A stretch of 64,000 nucleotides of DNA, from positions 1 to 64,000 of the IMG/VR virus record IMGVR_UViG_3300010356_001624; one strand, written 5' to 3'. The stretch comes from a virus (taxonomy: Duplodnaviria > Heunggongvirae > Uroviricota > Caudoviricetes). Under the pieces are notes generated by a model, which had not been told where the DNA came from, ran no database searches, and saw only the letters and a list, made by a program, of their open reading frames with translations. The translations under genes and the position numbers were made by a program. Below, in pieces: positions 19,583-29,761 of the stretch (position 1 is its first letter; every line of letters begins with the position of its first letter).

Positions 19583-19872
19583 AATATTAGTGGTTTGAAT
19601 ATATAAGCAGGTTTACCTTATAAAAATTATTAATTTAACTAATATAATTTAATATCTCTTTATAATAAACATTTAGATAATATTTTTAGAGTATATTTTT
19701 AATATTTCAAGAAATTTATTTTTAATATCATTTACATTAGATTCAATTAGTTTTAAGAATTTCTCTAACTTCATCAGATGAATTCTTATATACTTCTTTT
19801 AAGGTTTTATTTGTTTCTTCCATCATTTAATTATTTTTATAATATACGATAAATAATTTAAATTGTTACAAA

Positions 19873-20145
19873 TTATTCAACAAAGTCAATTGTTTTAAAA
19901 TTTTCCAATTCTAACGATAATTTTTCATAAATATCAATCAACTCATTTAATTTTTCATGTATTTTATACATAATATTAGCAATTTGGTTAATATTTATAT
20001 TTAATAAAAAGACATCATTATAAAAATCTATCCAATTATTATTTATTTTATATTGACCAATAAATGTTAAATTTTTTTCTATGGGATTAAATTTAACTAA
20101 TATTCTTCTATCACTATATTTTTCAAAATTTACTTTCCATTCCAT
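19873..20145 (-). CDS. hypothetical protein
   Basis: ORF only. Confidence 0.35.
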   Translation of the reverse strand: MEWKVNFEKYSDRRILVKFNPIEKNLTFIGQYKINNNWIDFYNDVFLLNININQIANIMYKIHEKLNELIDIYEKLSLELENFKTIDFVE

Positions 20146-20157
20146 AAATTTAAAATT

Positions 20158-23100
20158 TTAAGAGATATCTGTCCAATTTCTATCAAAGATTAATTCATTT
20201 TTTGCTCTTGTATATGCAACATATTCTAAATTTTTTTCTTGTAAAAATTCCCAATTTTTTGTTGTTTTCATTGGTAATAAATCTGGTCTTATTATAAAGA
20301 CCCTATTTGCTTCAAGACCCTTTATTTTATGTATTGTACTTAAGCAAATTCCTTGAATTTCATCACTAAAAATTAAACCAATTTTATTTTTTAAATCAAC
20401 AATACTATTTGATAATTTTGCTAAAAAAAGTAATGTTGTTACTTTATCTTCTAATGTAACATAACCACTATGTTCATTTGGGTTTAAAATACCTTCCTTT
20501 TTTAATTCTTTTCTATATTTAATTAATTCTCTATCCCAAAAAAGAATTAAATTGTCAATAGATTTAATATCACCAATTAATTCAATTAACTGAACACCAA
20601 TATCAGAACCTTTCACAATTGCTTTTTTTTCTTGTTCTAAAAATTCAAAAAATAATTTAATTAATGGTATTGTTGTTCTACATAAAACAAAATCACCACT
20701 TTCTGCTTCTTTTAAAACATTACCATCCCTTACAATACCATCAGGTGCATTGGGTAGTGCTTTTATATCAGGTACAATTTCTTGTGCTTTTTTTATTACA
20801 TTTTTTGAACATCTGAATGACGTTGATAATGGTAGTGTTTTAGTATTTGGGAATTTACTAAACCATTCAAACGCTTTTTCATCTGCTGCATTAAATCCAT
20901 ATATACAATTATGTGTTAATATATTATCAGCAACATATGTTTCGTATTTATCAATTTCTAAAGAATAAACTAAACCAGAATATTTTTCATATTTTAATTC
21001 ATATATTTTTTGAATGTTGTGCAAATTTGCATTTAAACTGCAAATTTGCATTAAATCTGGAATAATATTAATTGCATATATTTCTAAAAAATTTTGATTA
21101 TAATCCATATTCCAATTAGAATTCCATATCGGGTAGTTTGAATTTTTATTAAAATCATTAAATATTTTATCTTTATTTGCTAAATAATAATTAGCATCTT
21201 TATATGCATAATACAAAGAATAGTACGATTTTAAAATCCAAATTTTATTAACATCACTTTTATTCTTAAAAATTTTAAAAAAATCAATCTCATTTCTTAT
21301 TGTGAATATACGTATGTGTTGAGTTTCATCCATCAATTCAAACAAACACAATACAAATTGTAATTGTTTTGTTTTTTTTATTTTAACCAAACATTTATGT
21401 TCTGGTGTATATTTAGATTCACATCCTCTTGAAATTATTTTTATTAAATTTCCATTATAATACCTACAACCAATATTGTTAATTTTACTTTTAATAAAGG
21501 AATTACTTTTTCTATCGTAAGAAATAATTAAATCACCAACATTTAAATTTTCAATATCCTTTTCTGTATTATCATTCATTAATATTTTTGTTCCTTTAGG
21601 TTGACATTGATAATAATCACCAACAGATATTAATCTACCTATATATTTACCAGTAGTTTTATCTTTTTTTATTAATTTTTCTACAATTTTTATTTGACAA
21701 CGATTTAAATCTTGAACTTCATCAATAAAAATATAATCTTGAGGAAACATCCAAATACTACTATCTATTGCTGGTAAATATATCATATCAATAAAATCAT
21801 AATTTTTTCTATCAATTGTTGATTCTTCTAATATTTTTAATATTCTTTTAATATCTTTATTTTCTTTAATTGGTATATTATATTTTTCAGCAATATTTGG
21901 AATAAATTCTGAATTTGTTGTTAATGTTAATCTACATAAATTAACCATTTTTTTTATATTATTTAAATATAAAGAAATATCATCGTTATCATCAAATTCA
22001 TCGTTTAATTTCCAATTTTTTGATTTTGATTGTATTATTTTATCAATTTTAAATTCATCGAATTGTATTTTATCACCATATTTTCTTTTAATTGCAGACG
22101 TACCTAAACCATAAGTTGTATAACATCTAACATATTCGGGTAATTTTGTTTTTAATTCTTCTTGTATGTGTTTATTGAACGCTAAAAACATAATAGATTT
22201 ATCTTTAGGTAATAATTTTACTGCATCAACTATGGTTGAAGTATTGTGTGTGATTGTAAAATCACCCAATAAAAATCTACCATTACCATTTAAAGTAAAT
22301 CCAAAATATAAACCTTGTGATATAATATTTTCTTTTATTTTAAAAGAAAATAAATTATTGTAATTTGTTTTTTGTTTTCTTTTATATACTAAAGGTAATA
22401 TGCTAGTATTTCCATTAATGTCAATTTTCCAAAAAATGTTATTTCGAAAAGAAAATATCTTTTTCTCTTTATATATAAAACCTAAACTTTCACATAAAAA
22501 TTTCAAATTAACTATTTTCCTTTTTGAAATTATTGTTAGTTTGGATGTCCTGTTTTTTTTATTATAATAAACATCAAAAATACCCGCCAAGATTTTTTTT
22601 CTATTTTCAATAGAATTTATTAGATATTTGTCTGGTATTGATAAATGAATATTCTTTTTGTTTTTATCAATATTAAAAATAATACACTTTTGAAAATCAT
22701 CGGAATAAAAACCCTTTTCATATTTTTTATTTAAACAAACACTTGTTTTATTTAAAACAAAAAAAGAATTATCTTTTAACTCCAACAATTTTTCTATTAT
22801 TTTTCTTGTTAACCTAAAATCGACAAATAAAAATTGTTTTATATTATTTTTTAAATTATATCCTAACCATAATCCTAATAAATATGGATTTATTTCTGTT
22901 TTATTTTCTTGAAATTCAACAATGGATTTTTTTAATTTAATATTTTTTAAATAACCATTCCATTTTTTTGAATATTTGAGTTCATTTAGTGGTGTATCTA
23001 ACAAAATTTTAGAAATTTCATTGTAATGTGTAATTACATGAACATCATTACAAACCCAAGAATATCCTATTTCATTTTTTATTTTATATAGTTTACCATA

Positions 23101-23328
23101 TCCAATATTTTTATTCAATACTTTACGAGGCGATGAATCATCACCCATTAAAAAATCACCAATTTTTATATCTTGAACCCTTTTTATTGTTCCATCATAC
23201 ATCAATACTGGTGTATCATATCCAAGACATTTACCTGTACCAGCATATGCTTTTATTAAAATATTTTCAGGTCTTTTTTTTGTAAATAAAAATATTCTTT
23301 CTTGTTCTTTTGTTGGTTTATTAATCAT
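20158..23328 (-). CDS. SF1 DNA helicase (Dda/UvrD-like) precursor interrupted by two inteins
   Basis: Extein motifs: AYAGTGK|...|TSTIV (Walker A GTGKT split), IDEVQD (motif II), VGDYYQ|...|CIYGFNAAD (motif III split) and YVAYTRAKNELIF (motif VI). Confidence 0.85.
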   Translation of the reverse strand: MINKPTKEQERIFLFTKKRPENILIKAYAGTGKCLGYDTPVLMYDGTIKRVQDIKIGDFLMGDDSSPRKVLNKNIGYGKLYKIKNEIGYSWVCNDVHVITHYNEISKILLDTPLNELKYSKKWNGYLKNIKLKKSIVEFQENKTEINPYLLGLWLGYNLKNNIKQFLFVDFRLTRKIIEKLLELKDNSFFVLNKTSVCLNKKYEKGFYSDDFQKCIIFNIDKNKKNIHLSIPDKYLINSIENRKKILAGIFDVYYNKKNRTSKLTIISKRKIVNLKFLCESLGFIYKEKKIFSFRNNIFWKIDINGNTSILPLVYKRKQKTNYNNLFSFKIKENIISQGLYFGFTLNGNGRFLLGDFTITHNTSTIVDAVKLLPKDKSIMFLAFNKHIQEELKTKLPEYVRCYTTYGLGTSAIKRKYGDKIQFDEFKIDKIIQSKSKNWKLNDEFDDNDDISLYLNNIKKMVNLCRLTLTTNSEFIPNIAEKYNIPIKENKDIKRILKILEESTIDRKNYDFIDMIYLPAIDSSIWMFPQDYIFIDEVQDLNRCQIKIVEKLIKKDKTTGKYIGRLISVGDYYQCQPKGTKILMNDNTEKDIENLNVGDLIISYDRKSNSFIKSKINNIGCRYYNGNLIKIISRGCESKYTPEHKCLVKIKKTKQLQFVLCLFELMDETQHIRIFTIRNEIDFFKIFKNKSDVNKIWILKSYYSLYYAYKDANYYLANKDKIFNDFNKNSNYPIWNSNWNMDYNQNFLEIYAINIIPDLMQICSLNANLHNIQKIYELKYEKYSGLVYSLEIDKYETYVADNILTHNCIYGFNAADEKAFEWFSKFPNTKTLPLSTSFRCSKNVIKKAQEIVPDIKALPNAPDGIVRDGNVLKEAESGDFVLCRTTIPLIKLFFEFLEQEKKAIVKGSDIGVQLIELIGDIKSIDNLILFWDRELIKYRKELKKEGILNPNEHSGYVTLEDKVTTLLFLAKLSNSIVDLKNKIGLIFSDEIQGICLSTIHKIKGLEANRVFIIRPDLLPMKTTKNWEFLQEKNLEYVAYTRAKNELIFDRNWTDIS
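20908..21606 (-). mobile_element. intein 2 (233 aa) inserted in helicase motif III (GDYYQ|CIYGF)
   Basis: Begins CQPKGTKILMNDNT...VGDLI and ends YVADNILTHN followed by +1 Cys. The flanking exteins reconstitute GDxxQ(S/C)IYGF. Confidence 0.72.
22243..23229 (-). mobile_element. intein 1 (329 aa) with a LAGLIDADG homing-endonuclease domain, inserted in the helicase P-loop between GTGK and T
   Basis: Begins CLGYDTPVLMYDG (block A) and ends GDFTITHN followed by +1 Thr. Two LAGLIDADG-like motifs are present: YLLGLWLGYN and ILAGIFDVYY. Confidence 0.8.
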
Positions 23329-23403
23329 TTGTAGAAATCCAATTATTGTTTAAAATCCCATTTTTTAATTTATATGTTTTCATTTCATTAAGAACCAAAA
23401 CAG

Positions 23404-23811
23404 TTAATCCTTCTTTTCTTTCAAAAATTTTATTGTTATAATATATATATATTTTATATCTAAATTATACAATTCTTCAATATTTTCCACCTGTATGTGA
23501 TAATTTGAATTCAAAGAAAATGCAATATCTCCTTTATCTTTCATATTATTCCATAAAATTTTTGCAATTTCATCACTTATTTGTCCTAATAGTTTAATAG
23601 TATTATTCATGTGTTTAATTGCATTTTCAGAAAACTTATCATTCTTTTCAACATATATTTTTTCCAATAAATATCTTGTTAATTCTATTGCAAAAAATCT
23701 ATCTTCTGGATTATTTTCATAATCATTTGATAAATCCACACAAGGTCTACCATTTTCATTTAATGTAATATCATATTCAATATTAAACATAATAAAAATA
23801 ATATAATGCAA
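23404..23811 (-). CDS. hypothetical protein
   Basis: ORF only. Confidence 0.35.
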   Translation of the reverse strand: MHYIIFIMFNIEYDITLNENGRPCVDLSNDYENNPEDRFFAIELTRYLLEKIYVEKNDKFSENAIKHMNNTIKLLGQISDEIAKILWNNMKDKGDIAFSLNSNYHIQVENIEELYNLDIKYIYIITIKFLKEKKD

Positions 23812-23910
23812 ATATATATTATTAATTCTAATAAGACAACTAATTATAGCAATTTTTAGTATTTATATTAAAGAAATAAATTTAAATAATCCAATTATTA
23901 AATTATAAAT

Positions 23911-25032
23911 ATGGCACTTATATCAACAACAGAAAAAAATAAACTTTATTTAAAAGTTAAACATGTTTTAGGATATCCATTAAGACCTTTTGAAATAACT
24001 AATGAAATGATGGATTCATATCTTGAAATTGTTATTGAAGATTATTCTTCGTTAGTTAATAATTGGTTAATTAAACAACAATGGGTTAGTTTGGAAGGAT
24101 TAAATAGGGAAAATAGTGATTTTTTGGCTGCATTTACTCATAAATCCAATGCATATATGAAAAGTTTTACATATGCTTATTCTAAACAATTGGGATTAGG
24201 TACAAATGCACCAGGAGCAAAAGGTTGGGAATTAAAAAGAGATTTTATTATAACTGAAGAAAACACACAACACTATTTAATACCTAAAGGTCGTGAAGTT
24301 AATGAAGTTTTATGGGAAACACCACCAATTATTGATGGTGGTCTAGTAGACCCATTTGCATTAAATGCTTGGAGTTCTGGATTAATGGGTATGTCTTATT
24401 TAGGTCGTCCTGCATTATATGTTCAACCAACATTTTCAACATTATTGGCAGCACAAGACCGTAGAATGAAACAAAGAGTATTACAATCAATTTTAACATA
24501 TAGAATTACAGGATTAGAAACTGGTGAAAAATTATTACATTTATATCCAGTACCAAATGATAGATATGAAATTGCAAATAGTTGGGGAAAACATTATGCT
24601 GGTAGAAAAGTATGGTATTGGTATTATGATACAAACAATGGTAAAGATAGAGATAGATGTCTTGAAGAAAATGATGATGTCGTAAGATTACCATCAGACC
24701 CACCAACAAAAGTATTAAAATGGGAAGATATGAATGATGTTGCACAACAACAAATAAGAAATTTATTAATTGCTCAAGTGAAAATTGTTATTGGTGGTGT
24801 TAGAGGATTTTATAGTGGTGAATTGGGTGTTAGTGAAAAACAACTAACAATGGATTATCGTCATTTACTTGAAGAAGGTACAAAACTTAAAGAAGACACT
24901 GAAAGATTTATTATTGAACAATTGGATAAAATAAGTCAGGTTAATTTAACGGAAGAACGTGCGAAAATTGCAGAAAATGTTAATAGGGAACGTGGTTTTC
25001 AACCTTTACAATATCCTATTATTGTAATTTAA
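23911..25032 (+). CDS. hypothetical protein, possibly a virion structural protein
   Basis: 373-aa ORF with ordinary (not low-complexity) composition; no motif assignable. Confidence 0.45.
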   Translation: MALISTTEKNKLYLKVKHVLGYPLRPFEITNEMMDSYLEIVIEDYSSLVNNWLIKQQWVSLEGLNRENSDFLAAFTHKSNAYMKSFTYAYSKQLGLGTNAPGAKGWELKRDFIITEENTQHYLIPKGREVNEVLWETPPIIDGGLVDPFALNAWSSGLMGMSYLGRPALYVQPTFSTLLAAQDRRMKQRVLQSILTYRITGLETGEKLLHLYPVPNDRYEIANSWGKHYAGRKVWYWYYDTNNGKDRDRCLEENDDVVRLPSDPPTKVLKWEDMNDVAQQQIRNLLIAQVKIVIGGVRGFYSGELGVSEKQLTMDYRHLLEEGTKLKEDTERFIIEQLDKISQVNLTEERAKIAENVNRERGFQPLQYPIIVI

Positions 25033-25260
25033 GTTTGAATTTCATATTCCACAATCATAAATATGATAATAATTCAATGATGACATTATTTTTCTAAACT
25101 TTTTTTTATAAATAATTATCTATTATTATAATTCTCATTACCATATCTTTCTTTTTTTGTTTTTTTCATTTTAATAACATTTTCCCTATTTTTCATTGGA
25201 TTGTTTTCACCAAATTTTTTATATTTATCATTTGTATTTATATAAAAGATATTTTTTTAT

Positions 25261-25824
25261 ATGAAAAAAAGAAAACAATTTATTGACCTAGAATCAAATC
25301 GAATGGGTTTATTTATGAACAATAATTCATTTGATTTGGATATTATGTATGGTAGAAATTATTTACAAACAGATAATGCTCAAGAAATTATACTATATAA
25401 AATAAATGTTATTGAAAGTAAAACACATGACCTTTATGGTCAAGCAAAAGCAAAAGATAAAAAATATTTACCACCAGTAAGATTGTCCGTTATGGTTAAT
25501 GTTGAACAAAGTAAGCAAGAATATTATGGTAATAATCAAAGCGGTATTGTTCGTGATGATACGGGTAGTTTGATTTTTGGTGTTTATTTAAAAGAATTGG
25601 AAGATAAAAAAATTGATATTGATAGGGGCGATATTGTTATGTATAACATGAGTGGTGAAAAAAATAGATTTTATGAAGTTGAAAATGCTAATAATGTTAC
25701 CGATGAAACAACTAAAACAATTGGTGGATTTAAACCATATTGGAAACGTGTAACGGCAGTTCCAGTGCGTAGTGATGTTGTCGCATTATTCGAAGGTGGT
25801 GAACATGGAGAATTTAGAGTTTAA
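25261..25824 (+). CDS. hypothetical protein
   Basis: ORF only. Confidence 0.4.
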   Translation: MKKRKQFIDLESNRMGLFMNNNSFDLDIMYGRNYLQTDNAQEIILYKINVIESKTHDLYGQAKAKDKKYLPPVRLSVMVNVEQSKQEYYGNNQSGIVRDDTGSLIFGVYLKELEDKKIDIDRGDIVMYNMSGEKNRFYEVENANNVTDETTKTIGGFKPYWKRVTAVPVRSDVVALFEGGEHGEFRV

Positions 25825-26329
25825 TTTTATTTTTTATAAATCTTCTCCAAATAAATGAATAAAATGGTTGCCAATCGTTAAACTCAACAATACAAATCTC
25901 ACCATTTTTTAATGTTTTATTTTCTTTATCATCACAATATTTATATTTTTCAACATCATTCCAATATATTCTATAAAAATCATCATCCGTTTCAAAAGAA
26001 AGCGAATGATTTAATTTTTCAATATGATTAAAATTTTTTTGAATAAAATTATCTCTACAATCTATTGCAAATAAACTATTAAATGTTGGTGATGATTTAA
26101 TAAATAACGAAAAATTATTACCGTAATCTTTTCTTGCTATTAAATTTAGTGCCTTCCAATATGTTCTAGGTAATTCATAATCCCATTCTTTTTGTGTTGT
26201 GGCATATTCATATTCAATTTTACATATCAATTTCTTTTTTCTATCACCACTAATTTGTATTAATATAATATCGTTTTTATTGTATTGATTTTCACATTGA
26301 ATTTCAAAAAAAAATACCACATTTAACAA
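25814..26329 (-). CDS. hypothetical protein
   Basis: ORF only. Confidence 0.35.
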   Translation of the reverse strand: MLNVVFFFEIQCENQYNKNDIILIQISGDRKKKLICKIEYEYATTQKEWDYELPRTYWKALNLIARKDYGNNFSLFIKSSPTFNSLFAIDCRDNFIQKNFNHIEKLNHSLSFETDDDFYRIYWNDVEKYKYCDDKENKTLKNGEICIVEFNDWQPFYSFIWRRFIKNKIKL

Positions 26330-26412
26330 AAAAAAGTGGCATGTTTTTATTCAAATAATGACACATTATAAATTCATTTTGATGATTAATTTTATAATAT
26401 TCATCAACCGCA

Positions 26413-26670
26413 TTATAATTTTTCCCCATTATTTAACAAATGTTTATTCTTAATTTTATTCAATTCTTCTGATAATATTTTGTGTTGGTCTTCTGATTGA
26501 ATACCTAAATCATCACCAAATTCAATGAAAATATCAATAACAAATTTAATATATTCTTTTTCTTTATTAGATAAATAAATGCTTTTTTTTATAAAAAGAA
26601 ATAATCCTATTGAAAGAAATAGAATTATTAATATTAATAAAATAATTAATATAATGCATATTATTGTCAT
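26413..26670 (-). CDS. small membrane protein with an N-terminal transmembrane helix
   Basis: MTIICIILIILLILIILFLSIGLFLFI is a hydrophobic N-terminus. Confidence 0.4.
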   Translation of the reverse strand: MTIICIILIILLILIILFLSIGLFLFIKKSIYLSNKEKEYIKFVIDIFIEFGDDLGIQSEDQHKILSEELNKIKNKHLLNNGEKL

Positions 26671-26694
26671 TCATTAAATTAATTCAAATTTTAA

Positions 26695-27765
26695 TTACTT
26701 TTTTTGGTCTTTAGATAATCCAACAAACAATTCAAAATTTATTTTAGAATGTGATTGATAATTTACCAATTCAAAATCATCAATTGTTAAATTTGTTATA
26801 TCTTCAAGTGTGTTTAAATTTTTATTAATTTTCATTTTCGGTAATTCAAAGGGCTTTCTTTTTGTTTGATTTTTAATATTTTCAATATGATTAAGATAAA
26901 TATGTGTACATCCACCAATCCATATAGCAACACTTGGAATCATATTACATGCTTTTGCCATTAACATTAATAATAAACTCATTGATGCTAAATTATATGG
27001 AACACCAAGCGCAACATCACATGAACGTTGATACATGTTTAAATCAAGATAAAATTTGGGTATGTTATTTGTTTCCAATAAATCTAAATTTGTTTCAAAT
27101 AACATTTTTGGTAATTTTAATTCTTTTACTGCATATTTAATGCGTTCTTTTTTCGTTAATGGTCTTACAATAAAATGATAAAGTAAATGACAAGGTGGTA
27201 ATGCCATGTTATTAAAATCAGATTTATTCCAAGCATTTATAATATGATAACGACTATATGGATTATTTTTTAAACCATCAATAACATCTTTAACTTGGTC
27301 AATACCATTTTGATTTCTCCATTGATAACCATAAACTTTATCCAAATCACCATATGTATATGTTACATATCTTTCATATGGATGTTCTTTAGTTGGGTTT
27401 GGGTTATTAACTTTTGTTTTTTTTCCTCTTTTTACATTATCAATAAATTCATCAAAAGATATTATAGGTGCGCCTAATTTAACATATTTATCATTATACC
27501 ACCTATAGGCATCATCATTCCATATGTTAACATTATTATTAACTAAATATTTAATATTGGTATCACCACGTAAAAACCATAATAATTCATGTACAATACC
27601 CTTCCAATACATTTTTTTTGTTGTTAGTAATGGAAATCCGTTTTTCAAATCCATTTTTATAGAACTTTTTGAAATTTCTAAAGTGTTTGGCATATTAGCC
27701 CTACCACTTTCTTTTTCAACACCATTTTTTAAAATATTATTAACTAAATTTATATATTGTTTCAT
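26695..27765 (-). CDS. thyA: thymidylate synthase family protein (ThyA-like, long-insert type)
   Basis: GFPLLTTKK, HELLWFLRGDTN, LPPCHLLYHF, QRSCDVALGVPYNLAS and GGCTHIY match the ThyA signature motifs, including the catalytic Cys in the PCH motif and the Asn in PYN. Confidence 0.88.
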   Translation of the reverse strand: MKQYINLVNNILKNGVEKESGRANMPNTLEISKSSIKMDLKNGFPLLTTKKMYWKGIVHELLWFLRGDTNIKYLVNNNVNIWNDDAYRWYNDKYVKLGAPIISFDEFIDNVKRGKKTKVNNPNPTKEHPYERYVTYTYGDLDKVYGYQWRNQNGIDQVKDVIDGLKNNPYSRYHIINAWNKSDFNNMALPPCHLLYHFIVRPLTKKERIKYAVKELKLPKMLFETNLDLLETNNIPKFYLDLNMYQRSCDVALGVPYNLASMSLLLMLMAKACNMIPSVAIWIGGCTHIYLNHIENIKNQTKRKPFELPKMKINKNLNTLEDITNLTIDDFELVNYQSHSKINFELFVGLSKDQKK

Positions 27766-27791
27766 GCTTTTATTTTTTTTGTTTTATGTTT

Positions 27792-28265
27792 TTATTTACC
27801 CGTACTACCAAAACCACCCCTATCTTTTGAATTTAATTTATCAACTTCAATAAATTCAATTTTATTATCAAAAATCCATTTAAGTTTAGCCCACCAAGGT
27901 GCTTTCATTGTAGGTCTTATTTCAAACTGACAAATTCTATCACCAGTTGATATTTTTGTTGACCTTAATGCAATAGCACTAAATTTCCAAATATCGTTAT
28001 TACCCGAATAACCATCCGTGTGTTTATCAGGACCGTCAACCACTCCGTAATGATTTCCTTGAATTACACCGAATTTAGAAAAAGTTCCACTTCTAGGAAC
28101 AACACTACCCTGATAATATTTTGGTAATTTCATTGATACTCCCAATGGTATTAATGCATGTTCAAATTCATTTAATTCAATATCAATTGATGATTTTAAA
28201 TCAAACCAATTACCATGTGATTCAATTTTACAATTAGGATTATGATATTTGATTAAAATTTTCAT
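27792..28265 (-). CDS. dut: dUTPase (trimeric dUTP diphosphatase-like). The start is probably the internal Met at 28265; the track ORF extends to 28361.
   Basis: VVPRSGTFSKFGV...GVVDGPDKHTDGYSG resembles dUTPase motifs 2 and 3. MKILIKYH is the likelier start because the upstream part overlaps the gene at 28270-28491. Confidence 0.75.
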   Translation of the reverse strand: MKILIKYHNPNCKIESHGNWFDLKSSIDIELNEFEHALIPLGVSMKLPKYYQGSVVPRSGTFSKFGVIQGNHYGVVDGPDKHTDGYSGNNDIWKFSAIALRSTKISTGDRICQFEIRPTMKAPWWAKLKWIFDNKIEFIEVDKLNSKDRGGFGSTGK

Positions 28266-28269
28266 AATT

Positions 28270-28491
28270 TTATTTATCTTTTGTTTTATAACCTTTAAGA
28301 AAAAACATTTTAAATGGAATAAAAGACTTAATAAAATTATTATTTTTTTCAAAAAATTCACTTCTTTGAAATATTGTTATTATTACAATAAGATAATAAA
28401 CAAATAAAATAATTATAATTCCAAAAATAATTAAACTTATCATGGCTTTATTTTTTTTTTTTATTAAATTAAATATTAAAAAATTATTCAC
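28270..28491 (-). CDS. small membrane protein, possibly an NfeD-like partner of the SPFH protein
   Basis: 73 aa with a hydrophobic stretch MISLIIFGIIIILFVYYLIVIITIF, directly downstream of the SPFH gene in the same operon. Confidence 0.4.
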   Translation of the reverse strand: MNNFLIFNLIKKKNKAMISLIIFGIIIILFVYYLIVIITIFQRSEFFEKNNNFIKSFIPFKMFFLKGYKTKDK

Positions 28492-28512
28492 TTCCCTTAT
28501 TTTATTGTTTGT

Positions 28513-29742
28513 TTATTTGTTTTTATTCAAATCTTCCATCTTTTTCATAACATCCAATCCCATGCTAACACCAATCATATCCATTGGATTTGCACCACCT
28601 TTACCTTCATTTCCCACAATAATCATTGTTGGTACTTTAATTTTAGCAAGTTCAGTTGCAACACCAACTTTTGTTTTATATTCCCATTCAACACGTTCTT
28701 GTGGTGTAAGTCCTGCGGAAACCTTAAGTCTTGCTGCTTCTGCTTCACCTTGACCCTTTGAAATTAATGCTTTACGTTCTTCTTCTGCTTCTTTTGCCTT
28801 AAACATTGCTACTTTATATGCTTTTTCTGCATTAAGTTCTGCGACTTCTTTTTCTTTCTGTGCAATTGTCACTTGTTTAATTTTATCAACTTCTTGGTCT
28901 GCTTTTTCTTTAGCAATTCGTGTTTCACCTTTGGCTTTTTCTGTAATAGCATCTTGTTGTGCTTTTTGTGCATCCTTTCTTGAATCAATTAATGCTATTA
29001 ATTTATCATCAAAATCCATATCCTTAATATTAAATTGTGGTAAAGTGATATCATATTTACCAAGCAACGATTCTTTCATTATTATAGGTTTTCCTGTAGT
29101 ATCTCTATTTACACTATAATGTTTAATTTCTTGATTTTGACCTGCTGAATTTGTAATAAATTCACTTCTTACTTTAGATTCATATAAACCAAATAATGCT
29201 TGTTCTTTCGATAATCGAATAAATTCAGAACGTTTATTGGAATATGCTTCTTCAGCAGACATTAATGTGGCAGTATTTTTTAATGCTTCCGTAATTTGTT
29301 GTTTAATCATATACTGAAGATTAGAATTATTACCATATTTAATATGAAGTTCAATTTGAATTTCTGGAACTAATGGTATTTCATATAAACCAACAAAATC
29401 AATATCGGCATAACCATTCGGAAATAGTACACGTTCAGGTTTAATTTCTCTATTAGTAAGACTTTTATCACCCTTTTCTTTACTTAATATTACATCATCA
29501 GTAATTCGATATGTAGTAATTTTTCCAAAATTTTGCATATAAGTACCAGGTGTATTTCTAACACTCAACTTACCACTAATTAATGATTGTTTAACTTGAT
29601 AATATCCTGCATTGTTTGTTTCAAATAGTTTAAAAATTGCAATAAGAATTAATGCAGAAATTACAACAAGTGATGTAATCATCATAATTGAACGAGATTT
29701 CATAGCGTTCATTTTTGTTTGATTTTCATTTCTTCTTTCCAT
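28513..29742 (-). CDS. SPFH/band-7 (prohibitin/HflKC-like) membrane protein
   Basis: N-terminal transmembrane segment (IMMITSLVVISALILIAIF), a band-7-like core, and a C-terminal coiled-coil (AEKAYKVAMFKAKEAEEERKALISKGQGEAEAARLK) typical of the HflK/prohibitin family. Confidence 0.75.
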   Translation of the reverse strand: MERRNENQTKMNAMKSRSIMMITSLVVISALILIAIFKLFETNNAGYYQVKQSLISGKLSVRNTPGTYMQNFGKITTYRITDDVILSKEKGDKSLTNREIKPERVLFPNGYADIDFVGLYEIPLVPEIQIELHIKYGNNSNLQYMIKQQITEALKNTATLMSAEEAYSNKRSEFIRLSKEQALFGLYESKVRSEFITNSAGQNQEIKHYSVNRDTTGKPIIMKESLLGKYDITLPQFNIKDMDFDDKLIALIDSRKDAQKAQQDAITEKAKGETRIAKEKADQEVDKIKQVTIAQKEKEVAELNAEKAYKVAMFKAKEAEEERKALISKGQGEAEAARLKVSAGLTPQERVEWEYKTKVGVATELAKIKVPTMIIVGNEGKGGANPMDMIGVSMGLDVMKKMEDLNKNK

Positions 29743-29761
29743 TTCTTTATAATTTTAATAG

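Noticed and set aside
19583-19872. The 290-bp gap searched for tRNA or other structured RNA genes; other intergenic gaps were searched too
   Set aside because: The sequence is uniformly AT-rich with no GC-richer ~75-nt segment or cloverleaf-compatible pairing. Only a 27-codon ORF is present.
23904-23911. TATAAATA motif at the start of the 23911 gene as a late promoter
   Set aside because: The motif overlaps the ATG, so a transcript initiating downstream would lack the start codon and RBS. It is likely a chance occurrence in AT-rich DNA.
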